Shown here: positions 28,516 to 38,670 of the stretch, piece after piece | Numbering within the stretch: position 1 is the first letter of the stretch | How the letters are laid out: every line of letters starts with the position of its first letter | Source: an uncultured Candidatus Binatia bacterium | Lineage (GTDB): Bacteria > Desulfobacterota > Binatia > UBA9968 > CAXXLF01 | Reading direction: 5' to 3' | DNA length: 64,000 nt | Assembly: GCA_965218425.1 (NCBI GenBank) | Contig: OZ244621.1 | Location: 1,056,001 to 1,120,000 of the forward strand | The notes under the pieces: model-generated | What the model was told of the DNA's origin: nothing | Seen by the model: the letters and a program-made list of their open reading frames with translations, nothing else | The model's database searches: none | Made by a program: the position numbers and the translations under genes

Positions 28516-30210
28516 ATGTGGCCTTATATTATATTTGTAGCGGTATTTTTTCTGGTATTAACACCGGTGACGTTTCTGGTGCTGGGGAGTTTTAGTACTG
28601 CGAGCCTCCCCACGGACTTCACCCTCGCTACCATGGGGTGGATCAACTATATCAAAGTCTATACTGACCCTCACACCTATTCGCTGTTGACCAACACTGT
28701 GATCTACGTGGGGGGCAGTGTCACGGTGGCCATCACCATCGCAACCTTCCTGGCCTGGCTGGTGGAGCGCACCAATGTCCCATTCAAGCTGGTCATCTAC
28801 GCCGGTGTGCCAATGGAAATGGCCATGCCCGGCATGCTTCAGGCCATGGCTTGGGTGCTGCTCTTTAGCCCACGCATTGGCTTCATCAATGCCGTAGCAA
28901 AGAATATATTTGGCCTATCGGAACCCCTCGTCAACATCTACTCGCTCGGGGGGATGATATTTATCGAAGGCATGAGTCTGGTGTCCACGGCATTCCTCAT
29001 GCTGGTTCCCCTGTTTCGCAGCATGGACCCGTCTCTGGAAGAAGCCGCTGCGGTGTCGGGGGCCTCTCCTGCGGCCACCACCCGCAAGGTCACACTGCGG
29101 CTCCTGGCTCCGGGATTGGTTGCGGTTAGCGTTTACCAAACCATATCAGCCCTGGAAAGATTCGAAATCCCCGGCATCCTGGGTCTTCCGGCGGGCATTT
29201 ACGTTTTCAGCACCAAGATCTATTCTCTGGTTCACTCCGCTACTTTCCCGCCTCCCTACGGCCAGGCCAACGCCCTTGCCATGGTTTATATCGGGTTTGC
29301 GATAATCGGAATGTACTTTTATTACCGGGTCATTCGAAAGTCGGAAAGATTTACCGTGGTAACGGGAAAAGCGTACCGACCCCGCCTGGTTGACCTTGGG
29401 CGCTGGCGTTACCCGGCCTTCGGTTTAGTCGTGTGCTACCTCTTGGTGGCCATCATCATTCCATTTTTCACTCTGCTTTTTACTTCATTTCTACCCTATC
29501 TTCAGACCCCTTCGGCAGAAGCCTTCGCAACCATGACATTGAAAAATTATCGAACCCTGTTTGAATTCGAGGAGGCGGGCACTGCGCTAAAAAATACCAT
29601 TATAGTAGTTTTCGTAAGCGCGACAGCCACTGTGCTATTCTCCTTTGCTATTTCCATGGTGGTGGTTCGCAGCAAGTTTTGGGGCAGAAGGCTGCTTGAT
29701 CAACTGGCTTTCATTCCACACCCAATGCCTGGAATGGTAATGGCCCTGGCCTGGGTGTGGGTTTTCCTGAATTTTGATTTTCTGCCCCTCTATGGAACCA
29801 TATGGTCGATTTGCCTGGCGTTTACGGTCAATTTCATCGCTTACGGAACCCGCAGCATGAACGCAGCGATCCTGCAGATCCACAGGGAGCTTGAAGAGGC
29901 CGCGTACACCAGTGGAGCGCGACCATGGCGCACCACGCTGCGTATCTTTTTCCCTCTCATGATGCCGGCCTTTGCCGGCTTATGGATATGGGTGGCGCTA
30001 CTGGCATCCAGAATCGCCGGTACTCCATTGATGCTTGCCGAAGGAAAGGAAAACATGGTGCTGTCCATCCTGATCTGGCAAATGTGGGATTGGGGTCACA
30101 TCGGCGCCGTTGCGGCCATTGGGACCTTGCTGATCCTCGCTCTACTGGTCCTGACCATTACGGTCCGCTTTCTCGCATTTCGTCGTCAAACCCAAATTGC
30201 GAGCCAATGA
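28516..30210 (+). CDS. Fe3+/thiamine-type (FbpB-like) ABC permease with two EAA loops
   Basis: DPSLEEAAAVSGA and ELEEAAYTSGA; ~12 TM segments. Confidence 0.9.
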   Translation: MWPYIIFVAVFFLVLTPVTFLVLGSFSTASLPTDFTLATMGWINYIKVYTDPHTYSLLTNTVIYVGGSVTVAITIATFLAWLVERTNVPFKLVIYAGVPMEMAMPGMLQAMAWVLLFSPRIGFINAVAKNIFGLSEPLVNIYSLGGMIFIEGMSLVSTAFLMLVPLFRSMDPSLEEAAAVSGASPAATTRKVTLRLLAPGLVAVSVYQTISALERFEIPGILGLPAGIYVFSTKIYSLVHSATFPPPYGQANALAMVYIGFAIIGMYFYYRVIRKSERFTVVTGKAYRPRLVDLGRWRYPAFGLVVCYLLVAIIIPFFTLLFTSFLPYLQTPSAEAFATMTLKNYRTLFEFEEAGTALKNTIIVVFVSATATVLFSFAISMVVVRSKFWGRRLLDQLAFIPHPMPGMVMALAWVWVFLNFDFLPLYGTIWSICLAFTVNFIAYGTRSMNAAILQIHRELEEAAYTSGARPWRTTLRIFFPLMMPAFAGLWIWVALLASRIAGTPLMLAEGKENMVLSILIWQMWDWGHIGAVAAIGTLLILALLVLTITVRFLAFRRQTQIASQ

Positions 30211-30243
30211 TCCTCACTTGAGACGCGCCTATGGACAAACTCC

Positions 30244-30726
30244 ATGACTGAGGAAGAAGCCTTAGCAATCCTAAAGGGAACGGATCGGACCCTGGCCGCT
30301 ACCGCGGAGGCCACGCTTTGGAGCCTTTGGTGCCGTTCGGGAAACCCCGAAGCAGAAATGCATTTTCGGGCCGGGGTGCAAGCCATGCAGCGCCGTGAGC
30401 TCTCTGAAGCCGAAAGTCTCTTCACGCGAGTGACCGAGCTGATTCCTGAATTTGCGGAAGGATGGAATAAACGTGCAACGGTGCGCTACATGGCGCAGAA
30501 CTTCGAAGGGTCCATCGCTGACTGCCGGGAAACCGTTGCGCGTAACCCAAATCACTTTGCAGCCTTTTCCGGTCAGGGGCTGTGCCACTTGTCACTCGGC
30601 CAGTATGACGAGGCTGCGGTTTGTTTCCGTCGGGCCCTGGAAATCAACCCGCATATGCAGGCCGTACGGCAAAACCTCTCCCTGGCCACTGCCGAGGGCT
30701 CTGGTGGCAGCGGCTATCTCCATTAA
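30244..30726 (+). CDS. Tetratricopeptide repeat protein
   Basis: PEFAEGWNKRAT, NPNHFAA and RALEINPH motifs. Confidence 0.88.
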   Translation: MTEEEALAILKGTDRTLAATAEATLWSLWCRSGNPEAEMHFRAGVQAMQRRELSEAESLFTRVTELIPEFAEGWNKRATVRYMAQNFEGSIADCRETVARNPNHFAAFSGQGLCHLSLGQYDEAAVCFRRALEINPHMQAVRQNLSLATAEGSGGSGYLH

Positions 30727-30761
30727 CCCTCACCCAACACTAACTGAAAGGAGGTTAAAAA

Positions 30762-31808
30762 ATGTACATTGACTGCGACACTCATTATTTCCCTGTCTCG
30801 TTCTTGGAAGGAGTGAGTGCCAAGTACCTGCACTCGCCAAAGGTGGTGAAAAACGGAGATGAAGTAAAGTCGGTGCTTCCTGATGGTACGTTGATCAAGA
30901 ATCAAGCCCCCAAGGGACGTTGGCACCTGGACACCAGGGACCAACAGGTGAATTGGGAAGGCTTTGATGTCCACGTCCTGATCCCTGAAAACAGAGAGCT
31001 CCTTTACACATGGGATCGAGAGCTGGGTTGTGAACTGGCCAGGTCCTACAACGATGCCGTGGCACAGGACCTGAAAGAGTGCGCTCATCCAGAGAAATAC
31101 CTGGGTGTGGGCTGGGTCTTCCTGCCTGACGTGGAAGAGTCTTGCCGGGAGCTGGAAAGATCCGTGAAAACCCTCGGCCTACGGGCAGTGAAGCTTATGG
31201 GTGGGTTCCAGGAAGCCAATCTGGGAGCGGAGAAGCTCTGGCCCTTCTATGACAAGGTCAGCGAGCTAAATATACCCATACTGGTGCATGACACTGCGTC
31301 GGACCGCGCCGGTCATCCCAACCCGGCATTGGTAGGTATTGAGCAATTGTTTTTGGAGGCCGGCAACAACCAGCTGCCGTTCCTATTGGCCTTTCCCTTC
31401 CGTTACATGGTCGATATTGGAAGTCTGATTCTACGCGGTGCCCTTAAGGAGTTTCCTGATCTGAGAATTTGCTTCGTTGAAGGCTCCGCGGCATTCGTTC
31501 CGTGGCTCATGGACAGACTAGACATGGACCACAAGGCCAAGGAGAAACTGGGCAAGCTACCCAGCGAATATTTCAGTCAGATATGGGTTTCGGCCTTTGC
31601 CGCAGAGAGTTCACTGAGATACGCCTGCGACTATTGGAAAAACCACAATCTAACGGTGGGCAGTGATTACCCCCATGGAGATGCATCCGCCACATGGAAG
31701 GACGGCACCGTAAGGATGGTAAGAGAGATGGAAGGCCTCTTGGAAACCGATAAGGAAAAGATCCTAGGTGGAAACGCAATGCGGCTATTTGGAATGGAAG
31801 GGGGCTAA
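30762..31808 (+). CDS. Amidohydrolase_2 family protein
   Basis: DCDTH, PILVH, FPDLRICFVEG and GSDYPHGD motifs. Confidence 0.9.
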   Translation: MYIDCDTHYFPVSFLEGVSAKYLHSPKVVKNGDEVKSVLPDGTLIKNQAPKGRWHLDTRDQQVNWEGFDVHVLIPENRELLYTWDRELGCELARSYNDAVAQDLKECAHPEKYLGVGWVFLPDVEESCRELERSVKTLGLRAVKLMGGFQEANLGAEKLWPFYDKVSELNIPILVHDTASDRAGHPNPALVGIEQLFLEAGNNQLPFLLAFPFRYMVDIGSLILRGALKEFPDLRICFVEGSAAFVPWLMDRLDMDHKAKEKLGKLPSEYFSQIWVSAFAAESSLRYACDYWKNHNLTVGSDYPHGDASATWKDGTVRMVREMEGLLETDKEKILGGNAMRLFGMEGG

Positions 31809-31870
31809 GGCAAAAACCGGCGGGTGTGTATTCGGGGACAATCTTCTAGTCACCCAGGACACATTCTAGC

Positions 31871-32875
31871 TCAGCCCATAAGGCGGACAAGCTCCGCATA
31901 GTTTTTCAATTGGATCGGCCTTTTTCCATCCTCAATCTCATGGATTATTTTCACGAGATGATGACAAAGAGGTGTCGACAGACCTGCCTTCTCCCCCGCG
32001 CGGATAACGTGACCTAAAGTGTAGTCCACGTGGGTCTTTACACCTTTATTGAGCGAATGAGGAGTCGTTACCCGGTCATCTTGTTCCCAATTTTTCTCCG
32101 CCGCTTCATTAAACGCTGCCAGGCGATCCCCATAGGAATGACTTGGATGGAAAAGGGAGGGGTGATACTCGGCCAGGGGCTCGAAGCTCACACCCGATGC
32201 TGTTCCCACGCTAGTCACCTCGCCCAGCAAGGCGACAAACAAGCGCCGGTTGACCTCCTCTTCACAAATGTCTTTGACTGATTCGTCCGCCAGGGAACTC
32301 AACATTCCAAGACAGGTGTAGGAAAGCTTGCTCCACAAGGTTCCGAGAATATTATTTGTAATCGTTGTGGGGATCACCGAGTTCAGCATGGATTGCACCG
32401 CTTCGAGTCCCGGTGTCGTTCTTCCATGCAAATGACCGATAAAGAGACGACCCCTTGCCGCTGTTTTCACATGGCCCGCCCCCAACTTGACGCTCCGCAT
32501 ACGGACCACCGCTCCAACGGTGCGGTCCGGCTCAAACATTTCTTCAAACAGGGGCGGGTTCATCCCGTTTTGAAGCGAAACCAAAATGCTTTCACTGTGA
32601 ATATGTGGATCCACGACAGCCAGTGCGTCCCTGGTATGGTTTGATCGGACGGCCACCAGCCCCACATCAAATTTCCCCGCCAATTCATTGGGAAGAACCG
32701 CGGGTACCGAGACCTGGAAGGATCCATCCGGCACGTCAACCTGGAGCCCGCTCTCGCAAATGGCCCGTACATGCCCAGCGTCAATATCCACCAGCGTTAC
32801 GTCGTATCCCTCACGTGCTAGTCGACCGCCGACGATACCTCCGATGGGTCCGGCTCCAATCACAACTACTTTCAT
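31871..32875 (-). CDS. Ketopantoate reductase (ApbA/PanE) family oxidoreductase
   Basis: VIGAGPIG, SLQNG and LWSKL motifs. SD AAGGAG precedes MKVVVIG. Confidence 0.85.
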   Translation of the reverse strand: MKVVVIGAGPIGGIVGGRLAREGYDVTLVDIDAGHVRAICESGLQVDVPDGSFQVSVPAVLPNELAGKFDVGLVAVRSNHTRDALAVVDPHIHSESILVSLQNGMNPPLFEEMFEPDRTVGAVVRMRSVKLGAGHVKTAARGRLFIGHLHGRTTPGLEAVQSMLNSVIPTTITNNILGTLWSKLSYTCLGMLSSLADESVKDICEEEVNRRLFVALLGEVTSVGTASGVSFEPLAEYHPSLFHPSHSYGDRLAAFNEAAEKNWEQDDRVTTPHSLNKGVKTHVDYTLGHVIRAGEKAGLSTPLCHHLVKIIHEIEDGKRPIQLKNYAELVRLMG

Positions 32876-32902
32876 GGCGCTCCTTGAATTTGGCATAGCC
32901 CC

Positions 32903-33537
32903 TCACGCTTCCGAACGCTGCAAGTTCATGATTACCCCTCGCAACAAGAGGTACAGTCCCACGGCATTCAACAGATGCCACAGGAAATGGGTCCCCGATG
33001 TAAAATAGGAACTATACCGTTATCGATGGTGCGAAAAACCAGAGATAACAAAAATACTCCAGAGGCACCCACGAGCAGATTGCGTTCCCTCTTCTCTTTC
33101 ATCCAGTGATAGAACCCCAACACCAGCAACACAGCCAGTGCAGGCAGGTACCCAAGGGAACCGTTGAGCAAATAGGGATACTGAGCGCAGACATAGATAC
33201 CGAGAACGAACGCCACGAATAGGCTCAGGGTGAAACCAGACCCTAAAACGGCAATCCGGCGGCTGTATATCCAAAAAAACAGGATCTGAAAGATTAGGAT
33301 GGAAGTGACATCTAGAAACCTTGCCCAATGGGTGGCAAAGGTATGGAAGAGCAGGCTTCCTAATCCGATGGCCGCTACCATAGCAATTAACAGTGCAACG
33401 CTCGGCGAGGTTGTTTCTCGCGCCCTAGCCGGTTGCCAGGCGGCCCACGCGGAAATAAAAAATGCCAGGTTACTCAAGGCATTGAGAGGCTCGGCCCAAA
33501 GACCGGGACCCAGACGTTCGCAGTAGAGATCGACCAT
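32903..33537 (-). pseudogene. Ceramidase-domain (CREST family) membrane protein, frameshifted near 33012
   Basis: DLYCER...WAEPLNALSN and GSLLFH motifs. The conserved GTHFLWHLLNAV C-terminus lies in another frame. Confidence 0.8.
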
Positions 33538-33612
33538 TAAAAAGGTAGGCTGAGGTAGCCCAGGTTTGACGGACACCTAAAAAGGGGACAAGATCCCCGC
33601 AGGAGGTGTTCG

Positions 33613-33903
33613 ATGGGCAAGCGAAGGCGTTTCACCCAAGAGTTTAAGTTGGAAGCTGTTCGACTGCTGGAGGCGGGCGCTCGGCCAGCAGCGGAGATTG
33701 CACGGGAACTGGGAGTACCTCGCAATCGACTGTACAAGTGGCAGGAGCAAGTGACGAGGAAAGGGGCGGCTGCGTTTCCCGGCACAGGTCGAGGTAGAGA
33801 CAACGATGAGGTAGCACGGTTAAGGCGAGAGCTGGAGCGGGTAACGGAACAACGAGATATATTAAAAAAGGCCGCAGCGTACTTTGCCAAGGAGCTCAAG
33901 TAA
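33613..33903 (+). CDS. IS3 transposase OrfA
   Basis: 96 aa, nearly identical to copy 1, with the A6G -1 frameshift motif near 33863-33869. Confidence 0.92.
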   Translation: MGKRRRFTQEFKLEAVRLLEAGARPAAEIARELGVPRNRLYKWQEQVTRKGAAAFPGTGRGRDNDEVARLRRELERVTEQRDILKKAAAYFAKELK

Positions 33904-33944
33904 AGTACGCGTTTATACGAGCTCACAGGACAGAGTTTAGGGTA

Positions 33945-34763
33945 GTGAGGATGTGCGAGGTATTAGAGGTCAGTCGTAGTGGGTACTACGACTGGAGCGG
34001 TCGAGGGGAGTCTCGGCGTAGAGCACAGGATAAGGTTGTGATCAAAGAGATCCGCAAGGTGCACGAGAGCTACAAGGAAGCGTACGGGGCAGTCAAGACA
34101 TGGCTGACGCTGAAGGAGGCGGGGGTGACATGTGGGAAGCATGGGGTGGCGAGGCTGAGGAGTTTAGTGGGGATAGAGACGCGTCGGGTGCAAAGGTTTC
34201 GATTGGCCTACAAGGCTCGTCACAGTGCGCCACCGGCACCGAACTTGTTGCGTCAACGCTTCGAAGCGTCAGGCCCCGACCAGGTATGGATGGCCGATAT
34301 TACCTTCATTGGTACCCGATCTGGGTGGTTATACCTGGCGGTAGTGGTGGACCTTTACTCTCGGCTGGTGGTGGGATGGTCAATGAAGCAACGTCCCACA
34401 CAGGAGTTGGTCAGTGAAGCTTTACTGATGGCTATCGAACAGCGCCAGCCTATGGCGGGGCTGATTCACCATAGCGACCAAGGAATCCAATACGCTAGCA
34501 ATCACTACGTTGAGTTGCTCAAACGCCATGGGGTGGTGCGCAGCATGAGCCGCAAAGGGAATTGCTACGACAATGCAGTGGTCGAGAGTTTGTTCAGCTC
34601 ACTAAAGAATGAACTTGTACACCATCAGGATTATAAGACGAGGCAGGACGCTAGGTCGGATATCTTCGACTACATTGAACTGTTTTATAACCGAAGAAGA
34701 AAGCATGAGTCGTTGGGATACCACACCCCAATGGCATATGACTCGATCAAACGTGTGGCTTAA
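33945..34763 (+). CDS. IS3 transposase OrfB (DDE integrase core; probably expressed as OrfAB by -1 frameshift)
   Basis: WMADITF, HHSDQG, CYDNAVVES and YNRRRKH motifs. Confidence 0.93.
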   Translation: MRMCEVLEVSRSGYYDWSGRGESRRRAQDKVVIKEIRKVHESYKEAYGAVKTWLTLKEAGVTCGKHGVARLRSLVGIETRRVQRFRLAYKARHSAPPAPNLLRQRFEASGPDQVWMADITFIGTRSGWLYLAVVVDLYSRLVVGWSMKQRPTQELVSEALLMAIEQRQPMAGLIHHSDQGIQYASNHYVELLKRHGVVRSMSRKGNCYDNAVVESLFSSLKNELVHHQDYKTRQDARSDIFDYIELFYNRRRKHESLGYHTPMAYDSIKRVA

Positions 34764-35002
34764 TTAACTGTCCGTGAAACCCGGGTCGCTTCAGGCTGTC
34801 CCCTTTTAGTGGACCCTTCATGACGATCAATCATTCACGCCTGAGGTCCAATAAACCGCCAAAACTTCCCTCACCATGATTTATCAAAATCGGCCATCCA
34901 AAGTAAGCTTGTAATAAATGCGGTGCCATAGGCCTACGATTGACACGAATACGGGGTTGTTCTACAAAGGGCACATTCATTAATACCCAAGGAGATATCG
35001 CT

Positions 35003-36088
35003 ATGGCCGCACCGAGATGGAATGTTCTCTTTTTTGAAGATTGGGTGGAAAAGGAGGGGTTGGACCTGATCCGGGGTACCATCGTTAAAAATGTCTACAC
35101 CCAACCGCTCAAGCCCTGGAAACGCACGGGCGGCAGTGGAGTGATGATTCAGCTGGACGGCACAGGAGATCTGGACGCGGCCTACATATGCGAGGTCCCC
35201 GCGGGGGGAGAGCTAAACCCCGAGAAACACTTCTACGAAGATCTGATCTTCGTTCTAAAAGGGAGGGGTAGCACCAGTGTCTGGTATGAGGGACAAAGAA
35301 AGAACCACTTCGAGTGGCAGGAGGGAAGCCTGTTCACTCTCCCCCTCAATGCCTGGCATCAGCACTTTAATGGCTCGGGAAACGAGCCTGCGAGGTTCAT
35401 AGCGGTCACCACCGCCCCCATCATGATGAACCTCATTCGCAATGAGGAATACATTTTTAACAACCCTGCGGTCTTTCCGGAACGGTACAACAGCGAGGAA
35501 GACTACTTTTCCGGCAAGATCAAATGGGAGACCTTCACCGCGTGGGATAAACCCCTTTCCCTCGCCTTCAGCAACTTCATTGCCGACATCAACGGCATAC
35601 CGTTTCGAGAATCCTCCAGAGGCAAGAGCATGAAAAGCCAGAGCTGGGAGTTGGGTAACGGTGTTCTGGGCTCCCACTCCACCATCTTTCCCAGCGGAAC
35701 CTTTACCAACATCCACCGGCATGGTCCCGGGGACCACGTGTTGTGGCTCACGGGGGAAGGATACTCCATCATGTGGCCTGAAGGTGGCGAAAAACAAAAA
35801 GAGGACTGGGGCCCCGGATCCATAATCGTGCCGCCCTCCTGGTGGTGGCACAGCCATGCGGTCCTGAGCGATGAGCCTGCCCAGTACATCGCCCTCAAGC
35901 TGAGCAGCAAGAGAAACAAGATTCACCGGCAGAGCCATGGGACCATGAGGAGTACGCGGACGGGGGGCAACATGATGAATTTTGAGGACATGCCCAAGGA
36001 TCTGCTGCAAGAGATAACCGAGATTTTCAATCAGGAATGCGCCAAGCACGGCACGAAACCCCAGATACAATTCACCGCAGGGGGGTGA
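35003..36088 (+). CDS. Bicupin protein, paralog 4
   Basis: PEKHFYED...WHQHFNGSG and IHRHGPGDH...WHSH motifs. SD AAGGAG, with TTGACA-N17-TACAAA at 34940. Confidence 0.82.
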   Translation: MAAPRWNVLFFEDWVEKEGLDLIRGTIVKNVYTQPLKPWKRTGGSGVMIQLDGTGDLDAAYICEVPAGGELNPEKHFYEDLIFVLKGRGSTSVWYEGQRKNHFEWQEGSLFTLPLNAWHQHFNGSGNEPARFIAVTTAPIMMNLIRNEEYIFNNPAVFPERYNSEEDYFSGKIKWETFTAWDKPLSLAFSNFIADINGIPFRESSRGKSMKSQSWELGNGVLGSHSTIFPSGTFTNIHRHGPGDHVLWLTGEGYSIMWPEGGEKQKEDWGPGSIIVPPSWWWHSHAVLSDEPAQYIALKLSSKRNKIHRQSHGTMRSTRTGGNMMNFEDMPKDLLQEITEIFNQECAKHGTKPQIQFTAGG

Positions 36089-36107
36089 TTTCTCAGGACT
36101 GATTAAC

Positions 36108-36167
36108 GCCGTGCGCCGTGGCCTCATTGCTGCCGGCCGCTGCCTGCCTTCTGCCGACTGTCTTTCG
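36108..36167. repeat. Degenerate heptamer tandem repeats downstream of bicupin 4
   Basis: GCCGTGC-GCCGTGG followed by a CTGCC-periodic run (CTGCCTT CTGCCGA CTGTCTT). Confidence 0.45.
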
Positions 36168-36200
36168 CTTAACACAAGAAACTAGACACTCAACGCTCAT

Positions 36201-36626
36201 TTAGACTTTGAGCTCCTGTTTAACCGTCATCCGGTAGTTCCTGTAGACGTCCCGGGTCCGACGGATGAGGTTTTTTAATCCCTTTACGTATCTCTCATAT
36301 CTTTTTTGATCGATCAATTTTGAGTGCAGTTCCAGGCGATCTTCCGTAGTGTTTTGAAAGAATTGTTGAGAGACGAAGCTGTTGACCCTAACCAGTGCGC
36401 GAAGCAGTCGCTCGAAGGCCCTGCCTGCGTACCTCCGCGTTGAGAAATTGGTTCCCCGGACGGTTGAACTCTTCACTAAGCCAAGGGATTCGAGCCATAT
36501 CCTTCCACAGACACACCTGTTCAGACATATGCAAAGAACAAACAATGCCAAGAGAGACAGGCCTAGGTCCTCCACACCTGGAGAGAGTCCCACCATGGAC
36601 CCAGGTATGGCTCCATCTGATTCCAA
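36201..36626 (-). CDS. Hypothetical protein with one hydrophobic segment (possibly degraded 5' end)
   Basis: 141-aa ORF filling an otherwise empty gap. No family recognised. Confidence 0.35.
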   Translation of the reverse strand: MESDGAIPGSMVGLSPGVEDLGLSLLALFVLCICLNRCVCGRIWLESLGLVKSSTVRGTNFSTRRYAGRAFERLLRALVRVNSFVSQQFFQNTTEDRLELHSKLIDQKRYERYVKGLKNLIRRTRDVYRNYRMTVKQELKV

Positions 36627-36872
36627 AGGTCAGTCATAGGTTCCATATGTTAAGTAATACTTTGCCAATAAAGCACTGCTAAAAAAAGAATTGCAGGAGG
36701 GCGCAGCGGTTACAGCCTGGAAGAAGGACGTGAAAACAAAGGGATTTCCAGCCTGCTCCGGATTTCGGTAGGTGTGTTTCATTGTCCCGGATGGCAGGGG
36801 GTATTGTGAGTTTGCCCTGCGCGGAGCCGTCTGATTCAATAGTGGTCGGGCCGGGTTAGGGGTGGCGGTGCA

Positions 36873-38558
36873 TTGGCTTTCTTGGGGGAAGAACAGAGAG
36901 ATTGGACTGTGGAGTTGGATAAAGCATTCCATCAGATTGCGGACATCGTAGTGATAGGAACAGGCGCTGCAGCCTCTGTGACAGCCATTGAATCCTTTGA
37001 TCGAGGTAATGATGTTCTCATGATCGAAAAAGCTTCCATCTACGGAGGCACCACAAAGATCTCCGCCGGCGGCATTTGGATCCCCAATCACCGTTTTCTC
37101 CAGCAACAGGGCATCAAAGACCCAAAGGAGGACTGCCTGAAGTTTATGTCGAGGTCTTCCCACCCAGAAGTATTTAACCGTGATCAACCTCGATGGGGAT
37201 TGTCACAAACGGACTACAGTCTGCTCGAAGCTTTCTATGACAACGGCTCCAAAATGATCGATGCAATGATCGATGGAGCCCGGATGAATATGTCAGGAGG
37301 TGAGGTGAAGACCGGTAGGTCGAACTACTATCACTATCCGGAGGACAAGGTGCCCCGAGGCAGAGGATTAAAGCCCATTAATCCTGATGGCAGCGTGGGG
37401 CGCGGTGCTGACCTGACCGCCCAATTTAAGATGGCGGTGAACGAACGGAAGATCCCCGTGCACCTGAACACAAGGGCACGGAGTATCATCCAAAACACCG
37501 CCGGTGAGGCCGTTGGAATCGAAGCGGTCTCGCTATCTACCGGCCAAATCCTATTGTTTGGCGCGAGGAAAGGCGTTGTGTTCGGCACCGGCGGGTTCGC
37601 GCACAATCCTGTCTTAAGGCAAAAACTCCTGTGTCAACCTACCTTTGGTAGCTGTGCCTCTAGGGAGAGTGAAGGTGACTTATTGCAAATGGGGCGGGCC
37701 GTGGGCGCCGATCTGGAAGGTCCTTTCCAGGGTTGGTGGGCAGAGATCGTGCTGGAGGAGGCTTTGGCCGGCCCTATCGCCAACGACGTCTGGGTGCCGC
37801 CGGGTGATAGCATGATCCTGGTGAATCGCTTCGGAAGGCGGGTAGTCAGCGAGAAACTTCCCTACCACGTGCGCACACCAATCCATTTTTACTGGGACCC
37901 GGTCAAGGGCGAATATCCCAACCTGCTGCTGTTTATGGTCTATGATCAACGAACCGTTGAGAAGTTCAGTCAATGGACCACTGTAAGCTACCCGATGCTC
38001 ACACCTGAGGCAAACTACGTCATGATGGGCACTACCTTGGAGGAACTGACCGAGGTCCTTCAGAAAAGGCTGGCTGCCATTGCAGGGATACAGTCAGCCC
38101 CGAGGATTCAATTGACGCCGGATTTTGCCCAGTGCCTGCGGGAGACCGTAGACATATTTAACCGATACGCCCGGAACGGGGCGGACGATGACTTTCACCG
38201 GGGGGAGATACCAGTGGAAAAGGATATTTACCTTGCCCAGGGCGGCACGAATGCGGGAAATCACTATCGCAACCCAACCATGTATCCCCTGACGGATCAC
38301 GGTCCGTACTATGCCATTATGCTGGCAGCCGGACTCCTCGACACACACGGGGGACCGAGGATCGATGCCCGCGCACAGATCCTTGATTCTTCCGCGAACG
38401 CCATACCCGGTCTCTATGGCGCAGGGAACTGTGTCACCGGACCCGCCGGGAAAGCCTACTGGGGTCCTGGCGCGACTCTTGGGTTAGCCATGACCTTTGG
38501 CTATATAGCCGCGGTCAATGCGTCGATGGAACCCCGCAAGCAAACACTACCACATTGA
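36873..38558 (+). CDS. FAD_binding_2 flavoprotein, 3-ketosteroid delta1-dehydrogenase-like
   Basis: VIGTGAA, GGTTKISAGGIWIPN, GVVFGTGGF, LDTHGGP, IPGLYGAGN and YWGPGATLG motifs. Start codon uncertain. Confidence 0.82.
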   Translation: MAFLGEEQRDWTVELDKAFHQIADIVVIGTGAAASVTAIESFDRGNDVLMIEKASIYGGTTKISAGGIWIPNHRFLQQQGIKDPKEDCLKFMSRSSHPEVFNRDQPRWGLSQTDYSLLEAFYDNGSKMIDAMIDGARMNMSGGEVKTGRSNYYHYPEDKVPRGRGLKPINPDGSVGRGADLTAQFKMAVNERKIPVHLNTRARSIIQNTAGEAVGIEAVSLSTGQILLFGARKGVVFGTGGFAHNPVLRQKLLCQPTFGSCASRESEGDLLQMGRAVGADLEGPFQGWWAEIVLEEALAGPIANDVWVPPGDSMILVNRFGRRVVSEKLPYHVRTPIHFYWDPVKGEYPNLLLFMVYDQRTVEKFSQWTTVSYPMLTPEANYVMMGTTLEELTEVLQKRLAAIAGIQSAPRIQLTPDFAQCLRETVDIFNRYARNGADDDFHRGEIPVEKDIYLAQGGTNAGNHYRNPTMYPLTDHGPYYAIMLAAGLLDTHGGPRIDARAQILDSSANAIPGLYGAGNCVTGPAGKAYWGPGATLGLAMTFGYIAAVNASMEPRKQTLPH

Positions 38559-38670
38559 AAAATTCGTCTCAGACGACCCGAGTATTGCCTCGATTCAGGA
38601 CACATCACCTTTCGGTGACAATTTCCAGGGCACCATGTTAAGTTGGAAGGTGCCTACCAGGTGATCTTGG

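Larger units (their letters stand above)
33551..34793 (+). mobile_element. IS3-family insertion sequence, copy 2 (1243 bp, apparently intact)
   Basis: TG...CA termini, IRs matching copy 1 and a GGC 3-bp target duplication. Confidence 0.95.

Noticed and set aside
35255..36175. 306-aa minus-strand ORF
   Set aside because: It is the antisense shadow of bicupin 4, with no recognisable motif.
38559..38670. Small hairpins (TCACC-TTTC-GGTGA; GGCACC/GGTGCC) as a riboswitch or terminator
   Set aside because: The stems are short, there is no U-tract, and no aptamer consensus is recognisable.
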